From positions 1 to 36,869 of IMG/VR virus record IMGVR_UViG_3300023314_000005: a stretch of DNA of 36,869 nucleotides, one strand, 5' to 3'. Below, in pieces: positions 34,654-36,869 of this stretch. The position numbers were made by a program, and so were the translations under genes. Below the pieces are notes generated by a model. The model saw nothing but the letters and a program-made list of their open reading frames with translations. It did no database searches and was not told the origin of the DNA. Each line of letters opens with the position of its first letter. Position 1 is the first letter of the stretch. This DNA is from a virus (Duplodnaviria; Caudoviricetes).

Positions 34654-34854
34654 CTAATAATTTTCGTCGTTAATAATTTGCACTATTGCATCGATTGTAT
34701 GTTCGTTTAGCATCCAAGAAACATCTGTTCCGTTCATGCTTAAAGTTGAATAAGAAAAACCACCTTTATATCCTGTTTCGATTTCTGGCTCTTCATAATC
34801 TCCAACTACTTCAAAATCTATTCCTTCGTAATTTACATTGTGAACTGCTTCCAT
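34654..34854 (-). CDS. Acidic hypothetical protein
   Basis: MEAVHNVNYEGIDFEVVGDY...; ATG 34854 preferred because a promoter lies inside the longer TTG-started ORF. Confidence 0.6.
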   Translation of the reverse strand: MEAVHNVNYEGIDFEVVGDYEEPEIETGYKGGFSYSTLSMNGTDVSWMLNEHTIDAIVQIINDENY

Positions 34855-34875
34855 AATTATACCTATTTGATGTTT

Positions 34876-34905
34876 CAAAGATACATCGTTTATTTTAATA
34901 AACAA
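34876..34905 (-). promoter_or_regulatory. Bacteroidota promoter TTG-N19-TATCTTTG
   Basis: -7 at 34876-34883, TTG at 34903-34905. Confidence 0.65.
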
Positions 34906-34924
34906 TACATAAATATGTTAAATT

Positions 34925-35056
34925 TTACCTTTTGAGTAAAAACTTTACTGGCTTCACATCAACATGCTTTTTACTCAGTTCTTTTGCTTCCATTTTTAAA
35001 CGATGATCTTGTTCGAATATCGTTTCTTGTTTGTCGGTGGGATTGTGTTTTTTCAT
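34925..35056 (-). CDS. Small hypothetical protein, 43 aa
   Basis: Hand-translated MKKHNPTDKQETIFEQDHRLKMEAKELSKKHVDVKPVKFLLKR. Confidence 0.5.
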   Translation of the reverse strand: MKKHNPTDKQETIFEQDHRLKMEAKELSKKHVDVKPVKFLLKR

Positions 35057-35068
35057 GGTTTTGAATTT

Positions 35069-35320
35069 TTATTTGTTTATCCATTTAGTCTTAGTCAACC
35101 AGTCATTAGCATAATAAGGTATGTCTTGTTTTTGTGGCTTGAATCTTAATTTAATTCCGCATCCCCTGAATATTTTATGCCTTACAAACCAAACGTCGTG
35201 TTTTATAACATCAATATCGAATGCGCATAAATGAGAACCAGTTGTTTTGTGAATTTCCCACATAAAAATATGATTCAAAAGTTTTTGAGTCAACCATCTT
35301 GGAAATATAGTTAATTTCAT
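35069..35320 (-). CDS. Hypothetical protein
   Basis: 83 aa ORF. Confidence 0.6.
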   Translation of the reverse strand: MKLTIFPRWLTQKLLNHIFMWEIHKTTGSHLCAFDIDVIKHDVWFVRHKIFRGCGIKLRFKPQKQDIPYYANDWLTKTKWINK

Positions 35321-35334
35321 AAATATTAAAGTGA

Positions 35335-35667
35335 TTAATGACTGTTTTGTTGTTTGTAAATTTTGCGTATTTCTTCAGCATAAATTAAAGTATCAATCGA
35401 TTCGTATTTTTCGAATTGATCTAAGAATTTAAAATTATCCTGTCCTTTATTGTTTATCATATCTCTTACTGTTTTCTTAGCTGACAAGCCGCCTTTTGCA
35501 TATCCAAGCCTATAAACTGACATTAAATAATTTTCGCTTACTTGCATAGTTAAATCATCTTTATCGTGTTTTTCTTTATTCTCACACGATGTAAATGAAT
35601 ATGTAGCTAAAGCCATCAACGCTATTACAGCGCAGAATACTATACTGTGTTTTTCGAAGTTGGTCAT
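35335..35667 (-). CDS. Putative lipoprotein
   Basis: Hydrophobic N-terminus ending in a lipobox-like FTSC. Confidence 0.6.
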   Translation of the reverse strand: MTNFEKHSIVFCAVIALMALATYSFTSCENKEKHDKDDLTMQVSENYLMSVYRLGYAKGGLSAKKTVRDMINNKGQDNFKFLDQFEKYESIDTLIYAEEIRKIYKQQNSH

Positions 35668-35668
35668 A

Positions 35669-35752
35669 CTAAAATTCCATTTCTTGATTAATAATTTCGT
35701 CAGCTTCGGTATGCTGATCTTCGTATTGTGGGTTGAATTCCATGTCTATCAT
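35669..35752 (-). CDS. Very small acidic peptide, 27 aa
   Basis: MIDMEFNPQYEDQHTEADEIINQEMEF. Confidence 0.35.
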   Translation of the reverse strand: MIDMEFNPQYEDQHTEADEIINQEMEF

Positions 35753-35767
35753 CTTGTGTGATTTTTT

Positions 35768-35935
35768 TTAATTAGTTACCGGAAATTTACCTTTACGCAT
35801 TCTTTCGTTAACCTTGATTCTAAATTTAACTTGCGACATTTGCATTGGTGTATAAAACTTTTCCCATGCTAAACGAAGTTTCTTTCTTTTATTCTGATAT
35901 TTTTTATCATATCGCCAATTACCATAATCCCACAT
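35768..35935 (-). CDS. Small basic protein, 55 aa
   Basis: MWDYGNWRYDKKYQNKRKKLRLAWEKFYTPMQMSQVKFRIKVNERMRKGKFPVTN. Confidence 0.5.
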   Translation of the reverse strand: MWDYGNWRYDKKYQNKRKKLRLAWEKFYTPMQMSQVKFRIKVNERMRKGKFPVTN

Positions 35936-35969
35936 CCCTTTTAGTTTTTAATTATACAAATGTTTTTGG

Positions 35970-36164
35970 TTACTCTACTACAAATTCAAGTGAACGCTGA
36001 ACTTGTCCAATAGTTTCAAATATTTCACCACCTTTTTTATGATTTAAAGGAAAATATTGCCAACCACCTTTTACTGGTTTAATTGTTCCGCATATCCGTT
36101 TATTTAATCTAACAGAAATAGGCACATTATTTTTACCTTCTGTATATAAGTATTCAATTTCCAT
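35970..36164 (-). CDS. Hypothetical protein
   Basis: 64 aa ORF. Confidence 0.6.
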   Translation of the reverse strand: MEIEYLYTEGKNNVPISVRLNKRICGTIKPVKGGWQYFPLNHKKGGEIFETIGQVQRSLEFVVE

Positions 36165-36197
36165 AACCTAATTTTTTATTGTTGATGTTTTGTTTTG

Positions 36198-36500
36198 TTA
36201 CTCGGTGGCTTTTAATCGTTGGAAATAAGAAACTACATCTAATTTCCAATTATAATGTTCTTGAATATAAAATGAATTTTTTTCTAAATTGTTTGAAACT
36301 GGTTTATTTGGTTCTTTATTTAGTCGAATAGCTTTTAGATGCTCGTTTAAATCTCTGTAAGTTTCAATTTTAATTTCAGGATTATTATTATGTATATAAT
36401 TTAAAAATCCATTTAAATAAGTGCCTCTTTGTCCGTAGTCATACATTCCCATACCTAAAGCCCTTTTAATTCTCCCCAACGAAACGATTTTTCGCCCCAT
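36198..36500 (-). CDS. Hypothetical protein
   Basis: 100 aa ORF overlapping the 3' end of 36455..36712. Confidence 0.55.
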   Translation of the reverse strand: MGRKIVSLGRIKRALGMGMYDYGQRGTYLNGFLNYIHNNNPEIKIETYRDLNEHLKAIRLNKEPNKPVSNNLEKNSFYIQEHYNWKLDVVSYFQRLKATE

Positions 36501-36712
36501 AGGAATGTTGATACTTTTTTAAATAGTGTTTTCATCTTGATAATTTTTAGTTTGATTAATATTAAAATAGTTCCGGCTACAAATAGCATTATAAGAAACG
36601 AATTATCGTTAATTGGTACGCTAGGAATAACCGATTTACAATGAGGGTTATTCGGTCTGCTTTCACACCAACAATGCGAAAAAGGTCTTTGGCATTCGTC
36701 GAACTTTCCCAT
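36455..36712 (-). CDS. Cys-rich membrane peptide with a PID-CTERM-like segment
   Basis: C..PFSHCWC...PNNPHC then VPINDNSFLIMLFVAGTILILIKLKIIK. Confidence 0.55.
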   Translation of the reverse strand: MGKFDECQRPFSHCWCESRPNNPHCKSVIPSVPINDNSFLIMLFVAGTILILIKLKIIKMKTLFKKVSTFLWGEKSFRWGELKGL

Positions 36713-36816
36713 TAGTTAGACATATCTGCACCGCCATAATATAAAGCGATAGTTAATAAAATTGCTACTGTTACAATTGAAATTCCTACGATGTTGTTGT
36801 AAATAAATGTTTTCAT
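36712..36816 (-). CDS. Small single-TM peptide, 34 aa, spanning the circular junction
   Basis: MKTFIYNNIVGISIVTVAILLTIALYYGGADMSN; TAATG-coupled to the next gene. Confidence 0.5.
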   Translation of the reverse strand: MKTFIYNNIVGISIVTVAILLTIALYYGGADMSN

Positions 36817-36869
36817 GATTTTGTGTTTTTAGTTAGTTTTTCTGATTCTGTTTTTGCGAATTGTCGTGT
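36746..36869. repeat. Terminal direct repeat, copy 2
   Basis: Identical to 1..124. Confidence 0.95.

Overview
The window looks like a complete, circularly assembled genome (about 36,745 bp after removing a 124-bp terminal overlap) of an AT-rich siphovirus-type phage, most likely infecting Flavobacterium or a related Bacteroidota host. The host inference rests on TAnnTTTG promoters, a Flavobacterium-like DnaB, a DUF3127 SSB and Bacteroidota-type fibre motifs. Nearly every gene is on the minus strand. Reading right to left: small early genes; HNH endonuclease; recombination module; replication initiator with iteron-like repeats; DnaB; RusA; C5 methyltransferase; terminases; portal; HK97-type protease and capsid; head-tail genes; tail tube; a -1 frameshifted tail chaperone; tape measure; tail tip genes; an extended lysis cassette (holin candidates, GH24 endolysin, u-spanin); and a stand-alone tRNA-Tyr. 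I recognised no integrase. The most unusual observations are: (1) a tail-fibre-like protein with a Sec signal peptide and an internal NodB-type polysaccharide deacetylase domain; (2) a two-gene opposite-strand cassette in the head operon, whose leader could pair its 5' end with the loop of a terminator-like hairpin; (3) a second tail-tube paralogue; (4) apparently leaderless late promoters; (5) a PID-CTERM-like membrane peptide. All family calls come from motifs recognised by eye, not from database searches.
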